This document shows positions 1-12,529 of a DNA stretch of 64,000 nt, piece after piece. Made by a program: the position numbers and the translations under genes. Source of the stretch: Torpedo marmorata. Its lineage: Eukaryota. The stretch is taken from positions 225,928,001 to 225,992,000 of the forward strand of contig OZ360222.1 of NCBI GenBank assembly GCA_977017645.1, given 5' to 3'. Position 1 is the first letter of the stretch. Each line of letters opens with the position of its first letter. The notes beneath the pieces were generated by a model, which saw only the letters and a list, made by a program, of their open reading frames with translations, was not told the DNA's origin and ran no database searches.

Positions 1-1779
1 AACTTAATCTGGAAATTAATAAATCACCTATAACTAATGTACTGAAATGCTCTTGTTTACTGTTTATTTGCGTGTGATCTAGGAACAGCTAGGAGATTTA
101 TGATCAAAACTGCATCACTTTGGAGAACTCTGCACAGAGGACAACCATCAATTTACCATAAAATTGTGGGTTTGACAATAATAATGGTCCTATTAGTGCA
201 CTGAGCCCATTTCTAGATGCCTCTTTCATAAACTTATCTATGTCTCGGAAAAATTCTTTGAGGAGAACATTTCACTTTCAAGCTACAATGCTCTGCAGTA
301 CTTCAAAATTACTTCATCTTTCAATGTGCTAATATATTGTCTGGCAGATAAACAAATGCTCCAAACAAAATCATCACTATAGCGTTTTTACTTTTCCTTC
401 AAATAATGTTTAATGTGAACTTTTTATGACCCAACATCCTAGCCAATCTCATCTTTCTCACTGAAGTCAAATACTCATAGCAGATCTTTAATGTGATGGC
501 CCATGTAAACACCTGAATTATTGTAGGTTTATCAACCCAGTGGCTGATTATAGTTTTGTCTTTGTTCACAACAATCAGCAGTCGATAGATCTCAGCTGCT
601 CAAAGCAGAATAAAATGCTTTAGATAAGACACCAAACATAGAATGATCTGTGTCTTTGATTTGCCAGTCAAATGGTTTAGACTAAGTTTAGTTTCAGTAT
701 AGTTCAAAGCCATTTGCTTCAGCAAGTTGTCCTGTATGTAAAGTTATGCACGAGGTATTTCCATCCCCACCCCTGTTGTCGTGACCTAGTGGTCACAGCA
801 GCTCATCGACTCATCTGTTGATCTGTTGTCTTGATGCATTTATGTTTAAAGGAGAGCACTATCCAAAAAATGCCTACATTTTAACAGAGCTTACACCGGG
901 ATGCTGAGTGACCCTGCACTCTCTAAAGAAACTTAGGCTGACAATTTATTGATAACATCAAGTGACACTTTAGTTTCTCAAAGGACAGAGCATGACTGCT
1001 CCTAGGGTGGTCGTACATGACAGAAACGGCTAGGAAACAACATTTCCCAGGACCTGCTCCTCTAATGCTTTCACAGTTGCCACTTTTATTTTCTTGACCG
1101 AACAAGATCAATATCTTTCCTTGTAAAACTCTTAAGGGGAAAAAAAACTGTGGGCTCCTAGTATTGACTATGTTTGGTGTTGATAGAAAAGGTAAAGTTG
1201 TTTTTCTACAAGACACCCTTTCAATGCACTTAATATTAACCAAAATTACTTCTACATCAGCTGACAGTGAGTCAACTTGTTTGTCGAGATAGTGTGGGCC
1301 CAAAAATAACAAAGGAGTCTTTTTGGACAAGTCTCTGACATTTTCTAACATTACCCAAAGATTACAGAGCTTTCAGGCTCTTTACATTTAACAAAATATA
1401 GTTTAAAATTAAACACAATTGCAAACCAACCAAACACAATGAGAATTAAAGTTCTCTGCATTTAATTAAAATTGCTTCTTAAATTTTTTATTTGTAAAAA
1501 AATATCAAATTACAGAATGTATGCATTGTTCTTGCACATAACATAATTTACAGTATAGTGCTCAGAAAATTTAAAGTTTCACTTATTTAGGAGTACAGGA
1601 GAGACACAAATATTTCTAATGGCCATCATTAATTAATGTGGAAAATGATAGGAATCAACATCCAAAGATGTGAATTGTGAAAAGTGAATGTTAAATTCAG
1701 AATTAAGAGGGTTATGAGATAAACAATGTCATTATGAATGTAGCTGGAGACTTTAAATTATTTTTGTTTCATTTTGTGA

Positions 1780-3170
1780 GAGAAATGCACAGTATTAAAG
1801 AACAAGTGTACTTCAAGGGATAGGTTTAGTAGAAATATGATGGGGATAATGAAGTGGCAGTTTAAAGAATTCTTCACATCAGTCTTAAGAAATGAAGACT
1901 TCTGGAGATATTCCAGATGTGTTCCAATTGACTGGGGAATACATAACACATGTGAAGGTCAGTGAAATATGTGTTATAAAGAAGCATAAAACTTTAATAT
2001 TTACAGGGTACCTGAATCACATGAGATGCACCCTGCAATCTTTAGGGAAACAAGAAAGGCTTTGGTGAATGTCTTTCTGTAGCTTCATATATAGAAGAGC
2101 TTTACCTGAGGACTGAATGCATTCCTGGTATTCAAAATGATTGAGAACAGTTAGACTAATACAAGAACTGGAGAAAATGTTCAAGAGCATTCATATAAAG
2201 CTTATCAAGGTTAATCATTACAAAAAAAAAGGCAGAAAGAATAGTCAGTTTTTTTCAAAAGGCAAAACCGAAAAGCGAAAAGGCATTTCATCAGGTTACA
2301 AAAGATTTTCAAAAGAAAGTTGAAGTCTTTGGAATTAGTGTTGAATCAGCTGGAATGATGAATTGCCAGGCAATAGAAAGCATAAGGCGATAAAGAGAAC
2401 AACCTTTGTGTGGGATGAGGATAATATTGATAACTTTCCAGGTGGGTCTATTTTTGATCTCCATATGCTTGCACTTTAAAAAATGGGAGCAACATACTGT
2501 GCAATATTATTAATGTTTCTGATGAGGCAGCAAGTGATAAAATAATTGAAATAAACTGTATTCAAGAAATCTGAATCAATATATCAAGGAATTATGGAAT
2601 TATTATGGTTCAGGAGGAGGCCATTTATCCTACATTTCACATGAGCTCCTTGTACAGTACATTAATCTGTTCAAAATCATTCCCCTCCTATTTCTCTTTA
2701 ACCCTGCAAATGGCTTTCCATCTTCCTATCCAGTTCCCCTTTGAAAGTGTCAATTGACTGGTTCTGTTATCTTAAGATTTTTTTGCATCTCCTACAGCCC
2801 TCCCCATAATCATATGTCCCTCACTTCCAAGTTGTGTCCTTTGAACAATCCATTAATGGGAACAGCTTCTATAGTCCATGATTTTCATCTACTTCTATCA
2901 GATCTCTTCTTGACTTTCTTTTATCCAAGGATGAAAACCGCAGGTTCTCCAGTCTGACATTGAGGATGATACCTAGAGCCTATTAATTCTCTTCTGGAAC
3001 CTATCTCGGGTCTTCATATCATTCTAAATATGTGGTGATGTAATATTCTAGTTGGCCTTACCAGCATTGTATTTGGTTTCAACATTAGTTCTTTTTTTTT
3101 TTAAATTGGTGCCCTTTTTATGAAGCTCAGGGTCCCCTGTGCTTTGTTAACTGCTCCCTCAATGTATCAA
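1780..3170. mobile_element. Old, degenerate CR1-like LINE fragments (+ strand ~1780-2560, - strand ~2590-3170)
   Basis: Patchy resemblance to CR1 RT and 3' sequence (compare the CR1 at 56860-57836); no intact ORF; boundaries approximate. Confidence 0.4.
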
Positions 3171-3343
3171 ACAGGAATGCTTAATGAAACTCAATTGACA
3201 AGAATAGGTTGTACTTATTGGAATGTAGATGACAGGAGAGTGCAGACCTGTTGATTAGAAGTAAAAGAAAATAAAGTATTTAGGCTAACCATTCTTCAAA
3301 ATGTAAAGCTATTGATAGTAAAGCCTATTGAATATTAAGAAAT

Positions 3344-3804
3344 TGTATAGCTATTACTTGGAAATCGGATGTTGATTTAAGTCTAGAGCGATGGCATGCA
3401 GAGTTACGTTCATGTATACCATTAGAAAAAATTACTTATAATTTACGAAATAAATATCATTCTTTTTTGAAAATTTGGGGCCCATATATGAGGATTATGG
3501 GTCTAACACTGTAAATTCTCTAGATATCAGATCCACTGGCGAAAATAACCTCTAAGGTATATTAGTTTTTAAGTTTATTGACTCCTCATTCTATTTTTCT
3601 ATCTTTCCTTTTTCTTTTTCTTTTTCTTCTTTTTATTATTTTATTTTAAATTTAGAATAGGGGGATATAGGGGCTAGGGAGGGGAGGGTGGGAAGGGGGG
3701 GAGAAAATGTAAATCACATGTATTTTTGAAATATATGCAAAATTATTTTATGTATTCTGTGATTTAAAAATTTAAATAAAATATTTAAAAAAAAAAAAAA
3801 AAAA
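3344..3804 (+). mobile_element. 5'-truncated L1/Tx1-like LINE 3' end
   Basis: Encodes ORF2 C-terminus (ERWHAELRSCIPLEKITYNLRNKY), G-rich 3'UTR, poly(A); TSD GAATATTAAGAAAT at 3330-3343 and 3805-3818. Confidence 0.9.
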
Positions 3805-3954
3805 GAATATTAAGAAATGTTATTGCTTAAGTTATTTTGGCCATTTATGGACCACTGAAGATAATTTTGGATTCAATATTTAAGGAGAGATGCTCTTAAG
3901 CAATGCAGAAAAGGCTCGCAAGATTGATTTACAGGATAAAAGGGTTAAATAATT

Positions 3955-4420
3955 TTTAATTTTTAAAATTTAATTTGGAGATACAGCACAGTAATAGGCC
4001 CTTCCAGCTCACGTGCCGCCTGAATACACCCTTGTGACCAATTGACCTATTAACCCTGTTTGTCTTTAATTAGAGTATGAAGAAAATTTGAACTGATGGG
4101 GTCTACATCGAATGGAGTTTAGAAGAATGAAAGGTGATGTTATTGAAACAAGTAGGTTTGAAAGGTTTGATGAGAAGATATTTTCCCTAGTGGGGATACC
4201 CAGAACCAGAGGACATAGTTTCACAATAGAAGATTTAAGATGCAGATGAAAAGGAATTTCTTGTCTCAGAAGATTGTAAATATTAAGCTGTGGCGACAGT
4301 CATTGAACATATTGAAGGTGGAGATTGCCGTAACTTTTTAAATTACAGGGAGTCAAGTGAAATGAAGAGAGAGTGGGAGAGTGATATTGAGGCCAAGGCT
4401 GGAGTAGTTGAGTAGGCTTT
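3955..4420. mobile_element. SINE 3' tail (-) followed by degenerate CR1 3' fragment (+)
   Basis: 3955-4065 is the reverse complement of the SINE tail at 14570-14650; 4070-4420 resembles CR1 ORF2 end (MEFRRMKGDVIE, cf. MEFRRMRGDMIE in the 56953-57825 ORF). Confidence 0.6.
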
Positions 4421-4534
4421 GCCTTCTCTTGCCCGAATTTCTTTTATTCTTGCATTGAACACTCTGGAACTTGGTGCTCTAAAGTGGAATGACACACTCA
4501 CCAAACTTTAACCTTCCTTTCTCAAATGGAAATA

Positions 4535-4756
4535 CAGTAAAATCCCTGGTATCCGGCACTTATGGGGATTGGTAGATGCAGGATAAGTGTACTTTCTGGT
4601 TGCTTGAGATTTACTTTTACAATGCCTAACTGAAACATCATCCGCTGTCTCATGTTCCGCTGATTTCAGCTCACCAGACAAGTTTAATATATGGATTTTT
4701 TGCCAGTTCCTTGACACTGCTAGTTGCTTGAATTTTTGATACCAGGGGCTTTACTG
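4535..4756. mobile_element. Tc1/mariner-pogo (Tigger-like) MITE
   Basis: TIRs CAGTAAAATCCCTGGTATC / GATACCAGGGGCTTTACTG, TA on both sides. Confidence 0.85.
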
Positions 4757-5078
4757 TATAAAGTGTTTGACTTGCAAAGAAGCGGCTGAACTAAATATTC
4801 TTGGAATGCTTGACTTTGTTGGGAGATACCAAGCTAAATTAGTGTTTAAAATCAAAATAAATCCAACAAAAGTGCAGGTTTTAATTCTTTCTCCCACAAG
4901 ATCAATAACCAGAAGGATAAATTTAAAATTGTTGCCAAAAGAATGAAGAGACATTTAATTGCAGATAATTGTTGGTGACAAAGATGGAAACAGTTACTTT
5001 AATGGGAAGAGTAAATTGTATTAAAAGGAATGTTTTTCCAAGAATTCAATATCTTTTTCAATCAATTCCTTATGAAAT

Positions 5079-8000
5079 AAGAAATTACATTATAATTTAT
5101 TACAAACATATAGAATGGAAAAATTAATTGAGAAAACTAAACAAAGATATTATGAATTAGGAGAAAGAGCACATAAGGTTTTGGCATGGCAATTAAAAAA
5201 AGAACAAGTTTCTAAAACTATAAATGCTATAAGGAAGAAAAATACTGGAGAAATAACTTATAAACCTCAAGAGATAAATGAATCTTTTAAAGATTATTAT
5301 CAGAATTTATATAAATCGCAGATTGATCAAGATGATTCTAAAATTAATAGATTCCTATCTAAAATTGTATTACCTAAATTGAATATTCGGAGTAGAGACT
5401 CTTAAATTTGCCTTTCACAATGAGGGAAGTTAGTGAAGTTTTTTCCTCGTTGAAGAGTGGTAAATCTCCGGGTGATGATGGGTTTTCATCAGAATTTTAT
5501 AAAGAATTTAAAGATTAATTGATACCTCCATATATGGAGGTATTAGATCAAATTACGGAAACTCATTCATTACCGAAAACATTTTTAAATGCTATAATTA
5601 CAGTTATACCAAAGAAGGATAGAGATGTATTAAAAACTGAATCGTACAGACCTATTTCATTATTAAATGTAGATTATAAAATAATGGGAAAAATTTTAGC
5701 AAATAGAATGGCTAAATATTTGCCAGATTTGATACATACAGATCAAGCTGGTTTTATTAAAAATAGATATTCAAAGGATAATATAGCTAGATTAATTAGT
5801 TTAATTAGTTTACATAAAAAGAAACAAGATTTACCATTAGTTGTAACATTAGATGCTGAAAAGGCTTTTGATAGATTAGAATGGAATTTTTTATTTAAGG
5901 TATTAGAAAAATTTGGTTTTGGAAATACATTTATAAATTGGATTAAAACTATATATAAAGAACCATCAGCTAAAGTAATCACAAATGGACAAATATCGCC
6001 AAAATTTTCTTTGACACGTTCTACGAGACAGGGATGTCCCCTGTCACCAGCTTTATTTGTTTTGGCGATAGAACCATTGGCTGAATTAGTTAGAAAAGCT
6101 CCTAAGATAGTGGGTATTAAAGTGGGTACGGAAGAACATAAGATTAGTTTGTTTGCAGACGATGTATTGATATATATGACAAAACCTATTATATCACTTC
6201 AACAACTATCTATTATATTAAGAGAATATGGTGAAATATCTGGATATAAAATTAATTCTGATAAAAGTGAAATAATGGCTTTATCTCAGGGTGATTATAC
6301 TAGATGTAAAGAAATTACACAATTTAAATGGGCTAAAGAAGGAATTAAATATTTGGGGGTCAAGGTTGATACAAAATTGGAAAATTTATATAAATTAAAT
6401 TATTTACCATTATTTGTGAAAATAAAGAAAGATTTAGAGAACTGGAAAGATTTACCCATAACTTTAATGGGAAGGGTAAATTGTATTAAAATGAATATTT
6501 TTCCAAGGGTGCAGTATCTTTTTCAATCAATTCCTTTTGGAATTCCTCAAAAAAATTTTAAAGATTTAAATTTTATCGTTAGGAAATTTTTATGGAAAGG
6601 AAAGTTAGCAAGAGTAAGTATGGAAAAGTTAACCTGGAATTATGAGATGGGTGGATTGCAACTTCCTAATTTTCAAAATTATTATAAAGAAGCTCAACTG
6701 AAATATGTTAATGAATTTTTTGATTTAACTAAATCTTCTGCTTGGATTAAAATAGAATTAAATAATATAGGAGAATATCTTAAAGAAGAAATTATTTATA
6801 AATGGGATTCTAAATTAATATTATTAAAAAAGAAAAATTCACCGATTATTAAACATTTGTTAGAAATATGGGGTAAGACGGATAAAGAGATAGGTGGAAG
6901 AGGATTAATTTCTTCAAATATGCCATTATATCAAAATGGACACATCATTTACTGTTAATAATCAGTTACTTAAAATTTGGTTTCAAAAAGGTATTAAGAA
7001 GATAAATGATTGTTTTGAAGCTGGTAAATTTATTACGTTTCAAAGAATGAAAGATAAATTTAATATACCAGATAATACATTTTTAGCTTATTATCAAGTT
7101 AAAGCTTTTTTGACTGAGAAATTAGGTTATGCTTTGATTTTACCAAGACAAAATGAATTAGAATTATTAGTTACTAATGGAGATGTTAATAAATTTATTT
7201 CTCAAATGTATAAATTGTTTCAGAGGAAAATGCCTAAAATAGGATTGCATAAATCAAGATTAAAATGGGAATTAGATTTAAATGTAAATATAGATGAAAA
7301 TCACTGGAAAGATTTATGTAAGTTAAGTATGACGAAGATTATTAATGTTAGATATAGACTAGTACAATATAATTTTTTTCATCAATTATATTTAACACCA
7401 AAAAAATTAAAGAAATTTAATTCGACATTATCAGGATTATGTTTTAAATGCAATAATGAGGAAGGTTCTTTTGTTCATTCTACATGGTTTTGTCCAAAGA
7501 TTCAAGATTTTTGGTTTCAAAGTTAAAAAATGTTTAGATAAAGTATTTAATACTGTATTTCCAATGGATCCTATGTTATTTTTATTTGGAGATATTAAAA
7601 AATTTAGTATTAAAAAGAAATTAAATATGTTTCAAGTAGAATTTTTACGAATTGCTTTAGCTGTTTCGAAAAAATGCATTGCTATTACTTGGAAATCTGA
7701 TTTAGATTTAGGATTAGAAAGATGGCATGCAGAGCTCCGTTCGTGTATACCACTGGAAAAAATTACTTATAATTTACGTAATAAATATCATTTCTTCTTG
7801 AAAATTTGGAGCCCATATATGAGAGCTGTGGGTTTAAGGATTTGAAGATCTCTGGATATCGGATCTACTGGCACATTTGACCTCCATAATAGAATTAGTT
7901 TATAGATGGTATTCCCCTTATTCTATCTTTTTCTTTCTTTCTTTTTTCTATTTTTACTTTTATTTTAATTTTACTAGATTAGTGGGGATGGGGGGGTTGG

Positions 8001-8115
8001 GGAGGGGAGGGAGGGTGGGGGGGTGAAAATGTATCACATGTATTTTGATAATTTTATATTTTATTTTATGTATTTTGTGATTTAAAAGTTTAAATAAAAT
8101 AATTTTAAAAAAAAA
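5079..8115 (+). mobile_element. 5'-truncated L1/Tx1-like LINE nested in the host L1
   Basis: TSD AATTCCTTATGAAAT at 5064-5078 and 8116-8130; poly(A) tail. Confidence 0.92.
5115..7845 (+). pseudogene. L1 ORF2 (RT and C-terminal zinc knuckle), frameshifted
   Basis: ORFs 5115-5405, 5519-6958 (YRPISLLN, DAEKAFD, RQGCPLSP, FADD), 6936-7526, 7456-7845. Confidence 0.92.
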
Positions 8116-10141
8116 AATTCCTTATGAAATTCCTCAAAAAAATTTCAAAGATTTAAATTCAATTATTAGAAATTTTTTATGGAAAGGAAAGTTAGCAAGA
8201 GTAGGTATGGAAAAATTAACTTGGAATTATGAAATGGGTGGTTTACAACCTCCTAATTTCCAAAATTATTATAAAGCAGCTCAATTAAAATTTGTTAATG
8301 AATTTTTTGATTCAACTAAATCTTCTGCTTGGATTAAAATAGAACTAAATAATATAGGAGAAGATTCCAAAGAAAAAGTTATTTATAAATGGGATTCTAA
8401 ATTAATATCAACAAGAAAGAAAAATTCTCCTATTCTTAAACATTTGTTAGAAATATGGAATAAGACGGATAAGGAAATAGGAGGAAAAGGATTGATTTCT
8501 TCAAGGATGCCTTTATATCAAAATGGACTTATTCCATTTACTATTAATAATCAATTATTTAAAATTTGGTTTCAAAAAGGAATTAAGAAAATAAATGATT
8601 GTTTTGAAGCTGGGAAATTTATTACTTTTCAAAGAATAAAAGATAAATTTAATATATTAGATAATACACTTTTTGCTTATTATCAAATTAGAGCTTTTCT
8701 GATTGAGAAATTAGGTTATGCTTTGATTTTCCAAGACAGAATGAATTAGAATTATTAGTTACTAAAGGAGATGTAAACAAATTTATTTCTCAAATGTATA
8801 AATTGTTTCAGAGGAAAATCCCTAAAGTAGGAATTCTTAAATCAAGATTAAAATGGGAACTAGATTTGAACGTAACAATAGATGAAAATCATTGGAAAGA
8901 ATTATGTAAATTAAGTATGACGAAGATTATTAATGTTAGATATAGATTAGTACAATACAATTTTTTTCATCAATTATATTTAACACCTAAAAAATTAAAG
9001 AAATTTAACCCGACATTATCAGGTTTATGTTTCAGATGTAATAAAGAGGAAGGTTCTTTTGTACATTCTACATGGTTTTGTCCAAAAGTCTACGATTTTT
9101 GGTTGAAAGTTAAAAAAAATTTAGATAAAGTATTTAAGATTATATTCCCGATGGATCCTATGATATTTCTGTTTGGAGATATTAAAAAATTTAGTACTAA
9201 GATGAAATTAAATATGTATCAAATAGAATTTTTGCGAATTGCTTTAGCTGTTTCAAAGAAATGCATTGCTATTACTTGGAAATCTGATGTTGATTTAGGG
9301 TTAGAAAGATGGCATGCAGAACTTCGTTCATGTATACCACTTGAAAAAATTACTTATAACTTACGGAATAAATATCATTTCTTTTTAAAAATATGGAGCC
9401 CTTATATGAAAGCTGTTGGCTTAAGGATTTGAAGATCTCTGGACATTGGATCTACTGGCTAACTAACCTCCATAATATAATTAGTTTATAGATGTATTTA
9501 TTAGATTGACATTCTCCTTACCTTATCTTTTTCTTTTCTGTTTCTTCCTTTTTTTTAATTATTTTATTAGATTAGTGGAGTTGGGAGGGTTGGGGAGGGG
9601 ATGGTGGGAGGGGGGGTGAAAATGTGTCACAAGTATTTTTGATAATTTTGTATTTTATTCTATGTATTTTGTGATTTAAAATTTTAAATAAAATATTTTT
9701 AAAAATAAAAAAAATAAAAATAAAAAAATGATGGAAACAGTTTATTGTTGGTTTGTCAAGGAAATGGTTAATTTTTTAAAAAAATCAGCTTCAGCAAGTA
9801 TTCCATGAAATATTTAAGCATCATTAATACAGCTAAGAAGAGTATATCAAAAATGATGTGCTTTCAATTCATGAAATATTTTGTTGAAATAATGAATTGC
9901 ACCTGAAGTCTTCTATGGACGCTGCTGATGGATTCTGGTTGAGCATCTTCTGAGTGCAACATCCACTGAAAATGAACTGTCATGACCAAAGGGGTGATTT
10001 TATTTTTTGTTTAGAATTTTATATATTTAATTTATTTTCAATAAATTCACTAACCCTTGAAATTATAATTTTGCAGTGATTAGAAAATATAAAGGTGATA
10101 GGGTAACAACCTACAACGGGTCAACTGAACTCATGTGGCAC

Positions 10142-10284
10142 TGTTACAAATTCAAACCAGCAATGACAGAAGACACAATGCAAAAGGGGTAAAATTGAAA
10201 TTTATATTTATTAAAGACAATTAAATACATAATTTCTTAACAATTAACTCCACTATAAACGTCTATAATCACTATTCTTATCTA

Positions 10285-10321
<37 letters not shown>

Positions 10322-11376
10322 GCCAAGGCCATTACAGTCTGTGCCCAACCCTCAAGAAAAAAAATAGAAAACCTTCCCCAAAACCCCAGGTCAGTCATAA
10401 AAATAAGTCAGTCCCAAAAATACAGTCCACAAAAATCACTCTCGATGTTCGCGGTCCAAATTCAGCTCTGTGCGCTGGCACAAAGGACTTCTTAATGAAC
10501 GTTGGAGAGAGAGACAATGATTGTTTAAGCTTACAAATGCTTTCTCTGCTTTCCTTCCTGATGACTTTCCCTTTTGGTAGGTGCACGAGGGTTGCTGTTC
10601 CAAATCAGTCTACCACTGATGGAGGCGTGTACTTGGATCTCACAGCCTGTCTCGCTGATCTCACGCCTGTTCTCCACGAAAGTTGCTTTATATCAGGATT
10701 TTGCTGATACAAGAGGCCATGGGCTATTTTCCCAGTCTTTCTTACTGAAATGCACAAGCCTGGTTTTGGTGTTGTTGCTCTAACCCAGTGGTTTTCAAAC
10801 TGCCCCCCTAAACTCACATTCCACCTTAAGCAATCCCTATGCCATAAGTGCTCTGTGATTAGTTAGGGATTGCTTAAGGTGGTATGCGAGTGGAAAGAAA
10901 AAGTTTGAAAACCACTGTTTTAATCGTACTTAATTGACTCGTTATGTGCACGGTTTCATAACTCCAAAGGAAATGGGCCAATGACAATTTTTCTCAAGCA
11001 AAATATTTCAGTATCAATTGGGTCTAGAGCAGTGGTTCTTAACCTTCCCTTCCCACTCACATACCACCTTAAGCAATCCCTTACTAATCACAGAGCACTT
11101 ATGGCATAGGGATTGCTTAAGGTGGAATGTGAGCTTAGGGGGGCAGTTTGAAAACCACTGCTCTAGCCTTTTGCAACTCCAAACTGAATGCTTTTTGCAG
11201 AGGTTTGCACCTGCTTTTGCAAAAGTGCAACAAAGTAACTTTTCCACAGCCTGTCTCTCTCTCTATGTGTCTCTCTCTCTGAGCACAGCAAGTTAACTCT
11301 TTCAGTGTGTACTCAAAATACTTCATCCTTCCTGCTGACCGTCCGCAATCCAAATGGACAGTCATGGTCCATAACA
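10142..11376 (-). mobile_element. Solo LTR of the Gmr1-like family, with MITE insertion
   Basis: TGTTAC...CATAACA ends homologous to the LTRs at 45612/50969/59845; TSD GGCAC at 10137-10141 and 11377-11381; internal (GT)n. Confidence 0.9.
10786..11160. mobile_element. hAT (Charlie-like) MITE made of two inverted sub-units
   Basis: TIRs CAGTGGTTTTCAAACTGCCCCC; 8-bp TSD CTCTAACC/CTCTAGCC. Confidence 0.9.
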
Positions 11377-11869
11377 GGCACAAAGGTACCCATACCTGGG
11401 CATTTGCCAAATAAAGTGCAGTGTGGTTTTAGCAGTGTGTCCTTGTAAATGTGGACTTTGAGTAAAGGACTTCAGTGAGATGAGAATGAAGATAAAGGAA
11501 TAGCATTAAATGATTCAATTTTAAGAGTTGAGATCGGTCAGTTGATATATTGCACCTGTAATATATGGAAATTGATTGTAGCTGTTATGTGTGCTGTTGA
11601 TCTGCAACTCAAGGAACTTTGGCTCAGAGCTGATGAGCTGGAGTCTGAGATTTGGACGCTGATATATCAGGAAGGTCAAAACATACCATTCCAGAAGGCT
11701 GACAAGTTCCATAAATTGGGTACTGAGAAGAAAGACAAAAGGATGCGACTGAGCAATGCAGGCATGGGGATCCAGCTAATAATGCTGGGTGAGCTTCTGT
11801 CTTTGCACTCCCTGAACAGATTCATCAGCTTGTGCAATGTGAAAATATAGACTGCAGTGTGTTTAACTT

Positions 11870-12470
11870 GCAGAATAGTTGAGGACAAAAGAGTTACAGT
11901 AGTGTACCTACACTTCCAGATGGCCTTCAATAAAATGCCACGCAAAGTTGTAATTAGAACATATACCATTGGGTGTAGTGTACTGGTGTGGACATAAGAG
12001 CAGCAATAAATGGGTTACGTTAAGGTTGGGAGGCTGTAACTGGTAGAGGGATCCATGCGAGGGCCTCATCTGTTCACAATCTATGTCAGTGATTTGGATC
12101 TCAGAAGATATTAAAGAGACAATGACAATAGCCTTGAGTTTAAAAATAATGGGAGGCAATTTCATGGAAATGTACATCTTAAGTATCTTCACAGGGTGGA
12201 TACAGAGTTGTTTTCCCTGGCTGAGGAGTAGAACAAAGTGTCACAGTCTCAAAGTTAAGAGAGTTAAGAAAGGTCGTCACCCATCAATTGGTGAATTTTT
12301 GGAAATGGTTACAAATAAAGGTTGTGGAAGTTCAGTGGTAAAGTATATCCAAGCCACAGAGGCTCAATTTTTAGATAAAAGGAAATACGATTAGTATGTG
12401 AAAGGGTCAGACTTGATCTTGTAGCATGCCAAACCAGACATGAGTGGTTGAATGCCTACACCTGCTTAGT
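11870..12470 (+). mobile_element. Degenerate CR1-like LINE fragment
   Basis: Remnants resembling CR1 RT (VVYLHFQMAFNKMP) and 3' region. Confidence 0.45.
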
Positions 12471-12529
12471 TGAGATGATTGCATTGGAATCACTTTTTTT
12501 TGGCATTTAGGATTGCTTCTGAAGTATTT

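Larger units (their letters stand above)
4996..9729 (+). mobile_element. 5'-truncated L1/Tx1-like LINE (host copy), interrupted by a second L1
   Basis: ORF2 C-terminal ORFs 8207-8749 and 8794-9432 (CCHC: CFRC..H..C), poly(A); TSD GATGGAAACAGTT at 4983-4995 and 9730-9742. Confidence 0.9.

Noticed and set aside
888-1140. Multi-TGA frame as a selenoprotein
   Set aside because: Contains a TAA, no SECIS seen, and the TGA contexts are not Cys-like
923-1351. 142-aa minus-strand ORF
   Set aside because: No recognisable domain or splice support
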